A DNA stretch of 64,000 nt, taken from positions 2,185-66,184 of the forward strand of contig CAZXMN010000001.1 of assembly GCA_964641375.1 (NCBI GenBank), in the 5' to 3' direction. The notes under the pieces were generated by a model. The model did not search any database. It saw only the letters and a list, made by a program, of their open reading frames with translations, and was not told the origin of the DNA. The position numbers were made by a program, and so were the translations under genes. Every line of letters begins with the position of its first letter. The stretch's first letter is position 1. The DNA is from an uncultured Candidatus Saccharibacteria bacterium. GTDB lineage: Bacteria; Patescibacteriota; CPR2; UBA1875; CAIMLA01. This document shows positions 56,762 to 64,000 of this stretch, one piece after another.

Positions 56762-57154
56762 ATGGAGACACACACAGAGGAAACCGTAACTACAGAGAAA
56801 AATAACACTGGTCAGTCGACCCGTAAACCAACTAGAAGAGAAGCTACCGGCTCTCAGACGACTGCATACATAGTTTATTTTATTTTTGGAGTACTTGAAG
56901 TGCTTTTGGCTTTCCGTCTAGTACTTAGACTGTTAGGAGCAAACCCAGTTAGTTCATTTGTAAACTTCATTTACAATCTATCCGCAGCCTTCATCTGGCC
57001 ATTCCAAGGAATATTTCACACCGCTGTAACGGCAGGTGCAGAGACTACCGCAGTTTTTGAACCAGCAACACTTATAGCCATCATTGTCTATGCAATAGTT
57101 GCTTGGGGTATAGTAAAATTGATAATTATCCTTTCAGGCGCGAAGGAGGAATAG
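56762..57154 (+). CDS. YggT-like small membrane protein
   Basis: Two TM helices with an FRLVLRLLGANP...P motif reminiscent of the YGGT family. AT-rich native composition. Confidence 0.4.
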   Translation: METHTEETVTTEKNNTGQSTRKPTRREATGSQTTAYIVYFIFGVLEVLLAFRLVLRLLGANPVSSFVNFIYNLSAAFIWPFQGIFHTAVTAGAETTAVFEPATLIAIIVYAIVAWGIVKLIIILSGAKEE

Positions 57155-57409
57155 ATGGACATCATATATTGGATTGTTTTTGGTCTCATCGCAGGAAGCA
57201 TCGCAAACTTCATATCTCCCAGCGGTCGAGGCGGGATACTGTGGTCCATTATCTTAGGTATTATTGGAGCAGTTGTCGGCGGGTTTCTCGGTCAAATGTT
57301 CTTCGGTGTTGGAGTTACTGGCTTCAACCTGAGTTCATTTTTTCTGGCTGTAATTGGCTCCCTTATTGTTCTTTTTACCGCCCGTTTATTCACTCGTAAC
57401 CAATCATAA
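57155..57409 (+). CDS. GlsB/YeaQ/YmgE-family (transglycosylase-associated) membrane protein
   Basis: 84 aa Gly-rich 3-TM protein (IVFGLIAGSIANFI...GIIGAVVGGFLG). Confidence 0.6.
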   Translation: MDIIYWIVFGLIAGSIANFISPSGRGGILWSIILGIIGAVVGGFLGQMFFGVGVTGFNLSSFFLAVIGSLIVLFTARLFTRNQS

Positions 57410-57433
57410 TATTGGCTGACGCGAAATATTAAG

Positions 57434-57480
57434 CGAAACTAAATAGAGTGCCTTTTTATGGGCGCTCTATTTAGTTTCGC
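57434..57480. terminator. 15 bp perfect inverted repeat CGAAACTAAATAGAG / CTCTATTTAGTTTCG (hairpin with 17 nt loop)
   Basis: Seen in sequence between the GlsB-like gene and cassette D. Terminator or protein-binding site. Confidence 0.45.
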
Positions 57481-57553
57481 TATGCTTGATTTATTCTCAT
57501 TTTTATGGTTTAATGTTCGAGCTCTTTCCGAAAACCGTATAAGGAGGCTGACA

Positions 57554-57982
57554 TTGAGAGGCATAGCTCACGACCCACACAGTGTCACCGCCATCGTAAA
57601 AGATGAGGAATCTGTGTTGGTACGAGGGTGGGTGAGTAGGGTTGAAGAAGAAAAGAAAGGGACCTTCGTCTACCTCAGGACAGAGCGATATCCTGATCGG
57701 GAGTTCCGTGCCGCTGTAAGACGCAAGAAACAGCCTTTTGGCTCTATGCGAACTGTCAAGCTACAAAAGGACCAAGTGTACCCGGTGGTATGGTGGCCTG
57801 CCGATCTCAGGCTTGAGATTGAGACCCGAGTTTGCTTCGGTGTGAACCTAGTCGATAATGTCGCATTCCCGGTAATCCTGGAGGCGACTTACGACAGACT
57901 CTCAGCAAAGCTGACGGATCGTGACTTCACTCCACTTACCATCACTACGAATGGCCAGCATCGTTGGACGGAAGACACCTAA
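57554..57982 (+). CDS. GC-rich hypothetical protein (cassette D), 142 aa
   Basis: AAGGAGG RBS, then a TTG start 7 nt downstream. GC-rich body after an AT-rich leader. No domain recognised. Confidence 0.45.
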   Translation: MRGIAHDPHSVTAIVKDEESVLVRGWVSRVEEEKKGTFVYLRTERYPDREFRAAVRRKKQPFGSMRTVKLQKDQVYPVVWWPADLRLEIETRVCFGVNLVDNVAFPVILEATYDRLSAKLTDRDFTPLTITTNGQHRWTEDT

Positions 57983-57983
57983 C

Positions 57984-58040
57984 TCACGCGCCCGTAATGA
58001 GAACTCGCAAGAGCTCCCGTTCCGGGCGCTCTTGCTTTCT
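57984..58040 (+). repeat. About 57 bp 3' cassette element, copy 2 (hairpin CAAGAGCTCCCG/CGGGCGCTCTTG plus CTTTCT)
   Basis: Paralogous to 56552-56610. Confidence 0.6.
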
Positions 58041-58109
58041 ATAATTAGACCAAGGTCGAAATTTTGTCTTCACGAAGATATGTTGTATCATAAACAAAAG
58101 GAGACTGGA

Positions 58110-58370
58110 ATGAAAAAGTTTATTTACGAAGAATTATGGTTAATCACCGGCGTATTACTTGGAGTTCTTGTCGGTGGACTGATAGAATACACGCTTCTTA
58201 GTACGAATTTGCTGACTTTTTCCAGATATTATATCTACTTACCAACCATGATTGCCGGGTATGTCCTAGGCATGTGGCTCGGACCAGTTGCTTGGCGGAA
58301 AATTTACGTAGAGGGCGCCCGTGGACAGAAATATGTGCTCAAAAATAACAAAAAAACTCAAAAATCCTAG
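58110..58370 (+). CDS. Small membrane protein (86 aa)
   Basis: AAAGGAGACTGGA RBS plus ATG. Two TM helices. The upstream ORF-track extension overlaps cassette D and is rejected. Confidence 0.45.
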   Translation: MKKFIYEELWLITGVLLGVLVGGLIEYTLLSTNLLTFSRYYIYLPTMIAGYVLGMWLGPVAWRKIYVEGARGQKYVLKNNKKTQKS

Positions 58371-58416
58371 GCAATAAAATTTTATTTTTTGCCTATAAAT
58401 CAGTGCTTAATCGTGC

Positions 58417-59295
58417 TTGACTCACAATTACACAAATGTTAGACTGACCTTCGTGGAGAGTGCCAAAAATTTAGTCAGCAAAAGACACCCTATAATATGT
58501 ATTATTGCTTCAATAATCCTCCTTTTTGTCCTCGCAACGGGAGGATTTTATTTATTACATTTACAAAGTTCAAACATAGCATCAAAACCTGCGGTACAAG
58601 AGATAACTGCAATCCGTGATAATATAGCGAAAGACTCAGAGATATCTATTACAGCACCAATTTCAGATTCACAACCAAGCACTGCCACAAGCGAAACGAC
58701 AAGCGTGCCAATCGTGCCCATTGCTCCGGCTCCTGCCCTGGATAAACCTGCCCCAGTTCCCACAAGAGCATCAGCTTATATTCAACCTACTAAAACAACC
58801 CCTCCATCCGCATCAGCGTCCGACGGCTCTGGAATATATACAGAAGTTGCCGCCGAAAGCTACATGAACTCAGTTATGCTCCAACTAGTGAACACCGAGA
58901 GAGCTGCTCATGGTCTAGCCGCGTTCAGCTATAATAACCAGCTTGCCCAAGCAGCTAACATTCGAGTGCTAGAAGAATCAGTTCCTTCGTTTGTCGGCGT
59001 GGATCACGTGAGACCCGATGGGCGCACCTTTGACACCGTTTACGCCCAAGTTGGCTATACAGGATTTAGAACGGCTGGGGAAAACTTAGTTTGGGGTTAT
59101 GTGCCTCCCGTTACCTTCAATCAGGCAGAACTTTACGCACTTGCATCTCAAATGTTCACTACCTGGAAAAACAGTCCCGAACATTACGTCCAGATTATTA
59201 GCTCAGCTTATAACCAAACCGGCATTAGCATTAATTTGATGAATTTGAACGGTCACACATACTATTTTGGAATCGAGGAGTTCGGCCAGAAATAA
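58417..59295 (+). CDS. CAP/SCP-domain protein with N-terminal TM anchor, second copy
   Basis: LVNTERAAHGL...GENLVWG...WKNSPEHY CAP motifs. Pro/Thr/Ser-rich linker. Confidence 0.7.
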   Translation: MTHNYTNVRLTFVESAKNLVSKRHPIICIIASIILLFVLATGGFYLLHLQSSNIASKPAVQEITAIRDNIAKDSEISITAPISDSQPSTATSETTSVPIVPIAPAPALDKPAPVPTRASAYIQPTKTTPPSASASDGSGIYTEVAAESYMNSVMLQLVNTERAAHGLAAFSYNNQLAQAANIRVLEESVPSFVGVDHVRPDGRTFDTVYAQVGYTGFRTAGENLVWGYVPPVTFNQAELYALASQMFTTWKNSPEHYVQIISSAYNQTGISINLMNLNGHTYYFGIEEFGQK

Positions 59296-59325
59296 GCCGA
59301 TACTCAAATGTGGTAAAATGTAAAC

Positions 59326-59691
59326 ATGAATAAAGATTTACATTTTGCCATTAGTACTGGAATAGTCGTATTACTTAATTTAGTCATCTTCCTATATCTG
59401 TTAGCCGATTTCGACATCAACTCAGCCGTTGCGAGGGGAGTAGCTTTCGCTATAGTACTAGGTTTATTATCGGTTTTTTATGGTTATTTTGTAGAGAAGT
59501 GGTGGTTGGTTTTCTTGGGAGCGGCCGGTATATTTTTCCTAGGAATTAGAGCAATTTTTCTAATTGGTGGAATAAATGTTCAGTGGTTTCACGACTTCAC
59601 GGCCCTCCTCGGTCCACTGGTACTGATGGAGGCTTTTGCTTTCAGCGGTTCTAGAGGTAAGAAGCTCAGTATCGACAAGACAAAGCAATAA
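59326..59691 (+). CDS. Hypothetical membrane protein
   Basis: 121 aa, four hydrophobic helices. Confidence 0.4.
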   Translation: MNKDLHFAISTGIVVLLNLVIFLYLLADFDINSAVARGVAFAIVLGLLSVFYGYFVEKWWLVFLGAAGIFFLGIRAIFLIGGINVQWFHDFTALLGPLVLMEAFAFSGSRGKKLSIDKTKQ

Positions 59692-59706
59692 AGTTACAAT
59701 AAGCTC

Positions 59707-60435
59707 ATGATTATTATCCTCATCGTTATTGCGACAGCCATCAGCACCACTCTTGGTGGACTTTTCGCCGTGAAATTCAAAGATCAGCTACACTTAATCC
59801 TAGGCTTTAGCGCAGGGGCAGTACTCGGCGTCGCTCTGTTCGATCTTTTGCCAGAATCAATAGATTTAGCCACCAAAGTTTATAGTACTTCTCTGGTAAC
59901 GCTTCTAGTTGCTGTGGGGTTTGCTACTTTCATGATTCTTGATCGAATGTTTTTAATTCATGCACACTCAGAAGAAGAGTGCGAGAATCCATCACACAGT
60001 CATAAATCGGGAGGCTTAGGTGCCTTAGCACTAACTTTCCACAGCTTCTTAGACGGATTTGGTATCGGTCTCGCCTTCAAGGTTTCCCCGGCTATCGGCT
60101 GGGTAGTTGCCGCGGCCGTATTAACTCATGACTTCTCTGATGGCATCAACACAGTCAATATGGTCATTAAAAATAAAGGGAACAGAAAAGAGGCCCTCGG
60201 ATGGCTTGCCGCCGATGCATTAGCCCCCGCCATTGGCGTCGCTTCAACCTTTTTTATTCACATTTCAGAATCATCACTGGGCCTTGTTTTGGCTGTATTC
60301 GTAGGTCTTTTTCTATATATTAGTGCCAGTGATCTAATTCCTGAAAGCCATCACAGGCATCCGACCTCCTGGACAACTTTTTCAACAATCCTCGGTATGG
60401 CTGTGATCTATATTGCCATACACTTCGCCGGCTAG
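59707..60435 (+). CDS. ZIP-family divalent metal transporter (ZupT-like)
   Basis: HSFLDGFGIG and HDFSDGIN motifs with 8 TM helices. Confidence 0.8.
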   Translation: MIIILIVIATAISTTLGGLFAVKFKDQLHLILGFSAGAVLGVALFDLLPESIDLATKVYSTSLVTLLVAVGFATFMILDRMFLIHAHSEEECENPSHSHKSGGLGALALTFHSFLDGFGIGLAFKVSPAIGWVVAAAVLTHDFSDGINTVNMVIKNKGNRKEALGWLAADALAPAIGVASTFFIHISESSLGLVLAVFVGLFLYISASDLIPESHHRHPTSWTTFSTILGMAVIYIAIHFAG

Positions 60436-60447
60436 AACTTTTTTGTT

Positions 60448-60476
60448 GACACATTGGGCTGTTTTATGCTATAATT
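60448..60476 (+). promoter_or_regulatory. Sigma70 promoter TTGACA-N18-TATAAT
   Basis: Consensus hexamers seen in sequence immediately upstream of the 60477 gene. Confidence 0.5.
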
Positions 60477-61604
60477 GTGTTGTTAAAAATTATGGCGACA
60501 AAAACAGCAAAATCTATTCTGGATCGCATCGCTGATAGCGAACAGAGCAAAAAAATCCTATCCTTGGACATTGAAGCCGAGGTTGATTTTGTGCTGTCTG
60601 CCCCAAAGGTCAAAAAAGACCGTGATATAGCCGTTATTCGTGAAAGATATGGTCTAGGCGGTGAGAGACCAAAGACACTTGAAGAAATTGGCAAAGAGCT
60701 AGGAATTACTCGTGAAAGAGTTCGCCAAATCGAAAAAAATGCTCTCAGAAAACTTTCTGAGTTTTTGGCCAGTGAAATCCGAGGTCAAGAGATTTTGACC
60801 ACTCTAGAAACTAAGATTCTGAAAGACGGTGGTACTGTTACTAACCTTAGACTTTACGAACTTTTGCTCGGCGGTAATGCTTCTAGCGCCAAACTGAAAC
60901 ACATGGTTTCTTTCCTGGCTATGTTAGATAAAAAAATCAATCAAACCCTTGAAACTACTGATGTAAAAGCCGGTTTTTACCTTGATAACATCACAAAAGC
61001 AAATTTGTTAGAAATTATCAAGATTGCTACCGATATTTTGGACACTGAGAAACAGCCACTCGAGGAGAAGGCCTTCCTAAATAGAGTAGAAAAAAAAGAG
61101 ATTGGATTCACAAACGATCAGGTAATCGCCATCATTTCAATGAGCAAAAAAATTCTTCGTACTGATAATGGTAGTTTGGGCTTAAGTCACTGGCGTGAAA
61201 TTAATCCGAAGAGTATCCGCGACAAAACTTATTATATATTGAAAAAATATCAAAAACCGCTTCATTTCACCGAGATCTCGAAACATATTGAAGCCCTCGA
61301 TGAGAAGAAGAAAAAGGTTACCAGACAAGCCGTCCACAACGAACTTATCCGTGATGATCGTTTTGTTCTGATCGGCCGTGGCATCTATGCCCTGAGTGAA
61401 TGGGGTTACAAAGCCGGTGTAGTTGAAGATGTTATCGAAGAAGTTCTGATTACGGCTGGTAAACCTATGCACAAAGATGATATTGTATCTGAGGTTATGA
61501 AACGTAGAATCGTTAAAGAAACTACAATCCTTTTGAACTTACAGAAGGATAAATTTACTCGAGTTGCTAGAGCAACTTACACAATCACCAAACTGGAGGG
61601 GTAA
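60477..61604 (+). CDS. Sigma-70 region-4-like HTH protein with C-terminal winged-helix (HARE-HTH-like) domain
   Basis: [44 protein letters not shown] is a textbook sigma70 region 4.2. The C-terminal FTEISKHI...[12 protein letters not shown] is winged-helix-like. Confidence 0.5.
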   Translation: MLLKIMATKTAKSILDRIADSEQSKKILSLDIEAEVDFVLSAPKVKKDRDIAVIRERYGLGGERPKTLEEIGKELGITRERVRQIEKNALRKLSEFLASEIRGQEILTTLETKILKDGGTVTNLRLYELLLGGNASSAKLKHMVSFLAMLDKKINQTLETTDVKAGFYLDNITKANLLEIIKIATDILDTEKQPLEEKAFLNRVEKKEIGFTNDQVIAIISMSKKILRTDNGSLGLSHWREINPKSIRDKTYYILKKYQKPLHFTEISKHIEALDEKKKKVTRQAVHNELIRDDRFVLIGRGIYALSEWGYKAGVVEDVIEEVLITAGKPMHKDDIVSEVMKRRIVKETTILLNLQKDKFTRVARATYTITKLEG

Positions 61605-61605
61605 C

Positions 61606-64000
61606 TTGTTAGTACAGAATATTAGTCTCGCAATACTTAGCGGCCTCTGGACGTTAGTTGTTTGGACTTGGTGGCTCGTTGTCCCAGTCATTCTTTATTT
61701 TGCTTGGAAAAACTTCAAAAAGGCTGAATTCGTCGATAAGATAGAATCAGTTGTACTTTCGATGAAGGTCCCAAAAAATAACGAGAAAGGACCGGTCTCA
61801 GCGGAGATGATGTTTGCCGCTCTACATGGTATTCTACAGCCACCAAGTCAGTCAAATAAGGGGACTACGGTCCAAGAACACATTAGTATGGAATTTGTGG
61901 CCAGTTTGGATGCCATCGAATTCTTTATCTGGACACCAAAACATCTAAAAGACTTCGTTGAGGGACAAATCTATGCTCAATTTCCAACGGCAGAAATAGC
62001 TATTGTTGATGACTATTCACTAAATCTCGACATTGATCACGATCAAATACCCGATGCTGTAGTCGGAACCGAATTGACACTCGTCAAAGATGAAATTTAC
62101 CCAATCAAAACCTTTCAAAACTTTGACGTGGATCCACTTGCAGGCATCACCGGCATGCTTTCCAAACTTGATCATGGCAGCGAACGCGTCTGGATTCAGA
62201 TATTGGCCAAACCGGTTCCTGACGACTGGAGAGATATGGGGCTCGGTCATGTTGCTAACAAGAAAAGTGGCGGCAAATCGATAAGTAAAACAATTCCACA
62301 ACACATTGTTGACTTTCTTGGTGTAACTCTCGGACTCGTTCATACTCTTATTACGACACTATTATCACCCTTGAGTGATGAACAAAAGAAAAAGAAATCA
62401 GAAGCAGAAAAGAAAAAGAAGGAAAAAGCCGAAAAAGAAGGTGTTAAATTATCTCATTCAGAAGAAACGGAACTGACCGCCATTGAAGAAAAGTCCAATA
62501 AACTCGGTTATAAAGTTATTATCCGTGTCCTTTATCTATCCAAAACTTCTGAAAAGGCGACAGAGCGTATCCAAGCTGTCCTTGGAGCCTTTAAACAATT
62601 TAATACGACAAATTTAAATGGTTTTGTCGGAACTGGTCTCTACTCGGGTCATGAATTCTTAGATGCCTACCGTGCTAGATTATTCAATAAAGCCGGCTAT
62701 GTATTAAATATTGAAGAACTCGCCAGTCTTTATCATCTTCCACATGTATCGGTGGAGACACCAAACATTGTTTGGACTTCTTCCAAAAAAGGAGAACCAC
62801 CTTCAAGTTTAGCCATGATTGATGGGGGACCAGAGGCTTGCCCCGATGAGATCACTCCACTCGGCATGACTACTTTCCGTAACGGGCTACGTACTTTCGG
62901 CATCAAAAGAGATGATAGACGTCGTCATATGTACCTCGTCGGTAAGAGTGGCACGGGTAAATCAAGACTGCTTGAGAACCTAGCAATTCGTGACATTCAG
63001 CAAGGTGAAGGCGTCGCAGTTATCGACCCTCATGGCGAACTTATCGAACGTATTATGAAGTTTATTCCAAAGGATCGAATCAAAGACGTCATTTATCTAA
63101 ATCCTGCTGACAAAGACTTTCCAATAGCATTTAACCCACTCGAGAGTCCAGAGGGTATGAGAGAAGAAACTGCAAAAGGTTTCATCTCTGTATTAAAGCG
63201 TATGTTTGGTTTCTCTTGGGGACCTAGACTTGAATACGTCTTGAACCATACAGTAATGGCTCTTTCCGAAGTTGAAGGTTCTACTATGCTTGGTATTGTC
63301 CGCATGCTAACAGATAGAACTTACCGTAACAAAATCGTATCCCAAGTAACCGATCCTGTCGTACAGATGTTTTGGCTCAAAGAATTCTCATCTTATAATG
63401 ACAAGATGGCTACTGAGACCGTCGCACCTATCTTGAACAAAGTAGGTCAATTTACGGCTTCACCAATTATTCGTAATATTGTTGGTCAACCAAAGAGTAG
63501 CATTGATTTTGCAGATATAATGAATAGTGGAAAAATATTACTCGTCGACCTATCAACTGGCAAGATAGGGGAGGTGAACTCTGAGTTACTGGGTTCTCTT
63601 ATTATTACAAAACTCCAACTAGCTGCAATGCAACGTGCCTTTATGCCCGAGGAAGAGCGTCGTGACTTCTATTTATATGTAGATGAATTCCAGAATTTTG
63701 CAACTGATTCATTCGCAACAATACTATCCGAGGCACGTAAATATCGTTTGTCACTCACGGTTGCCAACCAATACATCGCTCAGATGGAAGAGACGGTCCG
63801 TGACGCTGTTTTTGGCAACGTAGGCTCACTTGTTGCTTTCCGTGTTGGTGCGACCGATGCAGCCTATCTAGAGAAGGAATTCGAGCCTGTCTTCACACAA
63901 AACGACCTTATTAACCTCGATAATAGACATATTTATCTCAATATGCTTATTGACGGCGTCACAACTGTACCCTTCTCGGCCATGACTTTGGATTCGCCAG
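61606..64000 (+). CDS. VirD4/TraG-family type IV secretion coupling ATPase-like protein (3' end beyond window)
   Basis: TTG start after GGAGGGG RBS. N-terminal TM helices, Walker A GKSGTGKS, DEFQNF Walker-B-like motif. The ORF remains open to the window end. Confidence 0.5.
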   Translation, partial: MLVQNISLAILSGLWTLVVWTWWLVVPVILYFAWKNFKKAEFVDKIESVVLSMKVPKNNEKGPVSAEMMFAALHGILQPPSQSNKGTTVQEHISMEFVASLDAIEFFIWTPKHLKDFVEGQIYAQFPTAEIAIVDDYSLNLDIDHDQIPDAVVGTELTLVKDEIYPIKTFQNFDVDPLAGITGMLSKLDHGSERVWIQILAKPVPDDWRDMGLGHVANKKSGGKSISKTIPQHIVDFLGVTLGLVHTLITTLLSPLSDEQKKKKSEAEKKKKEKAEKEGVKLSHSEETELTAIEEKSNKLGYKVIIRVLYLSKTSEKATERIQAVLGAFKQFNTTNLNGFVGTGLYSGHEFLDAYRARLFNKAGYVLNIEELASLYHLPHVSVETPNIVWTSSKKGEPPSSLAMIDGGPEACPDEITPLGMTTFRNGLRTFGIKRDDRRRHMYLVGKSGTGKSRLLENLAIRDIQQGEGVAVIDPHGELIERIMKFIPKDRIKDVIYLNPADKDFPIAFNPLESPEGMREETAKGFISVLKRMFGFSWGPRLEYVLNHTVMALSEVEGSTMLGIVRMLTDRTYRNKIVSQVTDPVVQMFWLKEFSSYNDKMATETVAPILNKVGQFTASPIIRNIVGQPKSSIDFADIMNSGKILLVDLSTGKIGEVNSELLGSLIITKLQLAAMQRAFMPEEERRDFYLYVDEFQNFATDSFATILSEARKYRLSLTVANQYIAQMEETVRDAVFGNVGSLVAFRVGATDAAYLEKEFEPVFTQNDLINLDNRHIYLNMLIDGVTTVPFSAMTLDSP

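Noticed and set aside
56552-58040. Integron attC interpretation of the shared 3' elements
   Set aside because: No GTTRRRY / RYYYAAC core sites and no intI in the window. Kept only as a generic shared terminator or cassette tail.
1-64000. CRISPR arrays, rRNA genes, transposases or integrases
   Set aside because: No regularly spaced direct repeats and no IS-like ORFs were seen. The only repeats are the two 57 bp cassette tails and short palindromes.

Overview
This 64 kb window is a gene-dense, low-GC (about 40%) chromosomal segment. The core genes are for translation (glyQS, class I lysK, serS, gltX, prfB, hpf, pth, der, rplI, rpmA, three tRNAs), cell envelope and division (PBP fragment, murA, murC, mreB, ftsEX, two S11 D-Ala-D-Ala carboxypeptidases, ctpA, sortase, secA) and DNA maintenance (recO, topA, scpAB, nfo). 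The gene content (sortase, class I LysRS, VirD4-like ATPase at the 3' end, many small membrane proteins) is consistent with a monoderm, reduced-genome bacterium. A Saccharibacteria/Patescibacteria-like origin is my inference from this content only and was not checked against any database.

Several things stand out from the housekeeping background:
- A clear heliorhodopsin gene (55272-56057) sits directly downstream of msrA-msrB and an SRPBCC gene.
- Four discrete GC-rich (about 60%) gene cassettes are embedded in the 40% GC backbone at 12.2-13.3, 49.9-50.5, 56.15-56.6 and 57.55-58.05 kb. Each is on the + strand, each is read from its own AT-rich sigma70-like promoter, and each ends in a GC-rich hairpin. 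Two of them share a roughly 57 bp 3' element. They look like horizontally acquired, possibly host-derived, genes of unknown function.
- An ftsE-ftsX-coiled-coil hydrolase module is present, with a Cys/His catalytic domain that is neither CHAP nor M23.
- A truncated dprA relic lies immediately upstream of topA.
- An approximately 190 bp GC-richer, palindrome-dense noncoding block follows ftsX.
- A 30 bp perfect operator-like palindrome guards the first GC-rich cassette.
- A candidate sortase substrate (DUF11 surface protein) is present.
- prfB encodes SPY instead of the canonical SPF tripeptide.
- A VirD4/TraG-like coupling ATPase runs off the 3' end.

No CRISPR array, rRNA or obvious transposase was seen.
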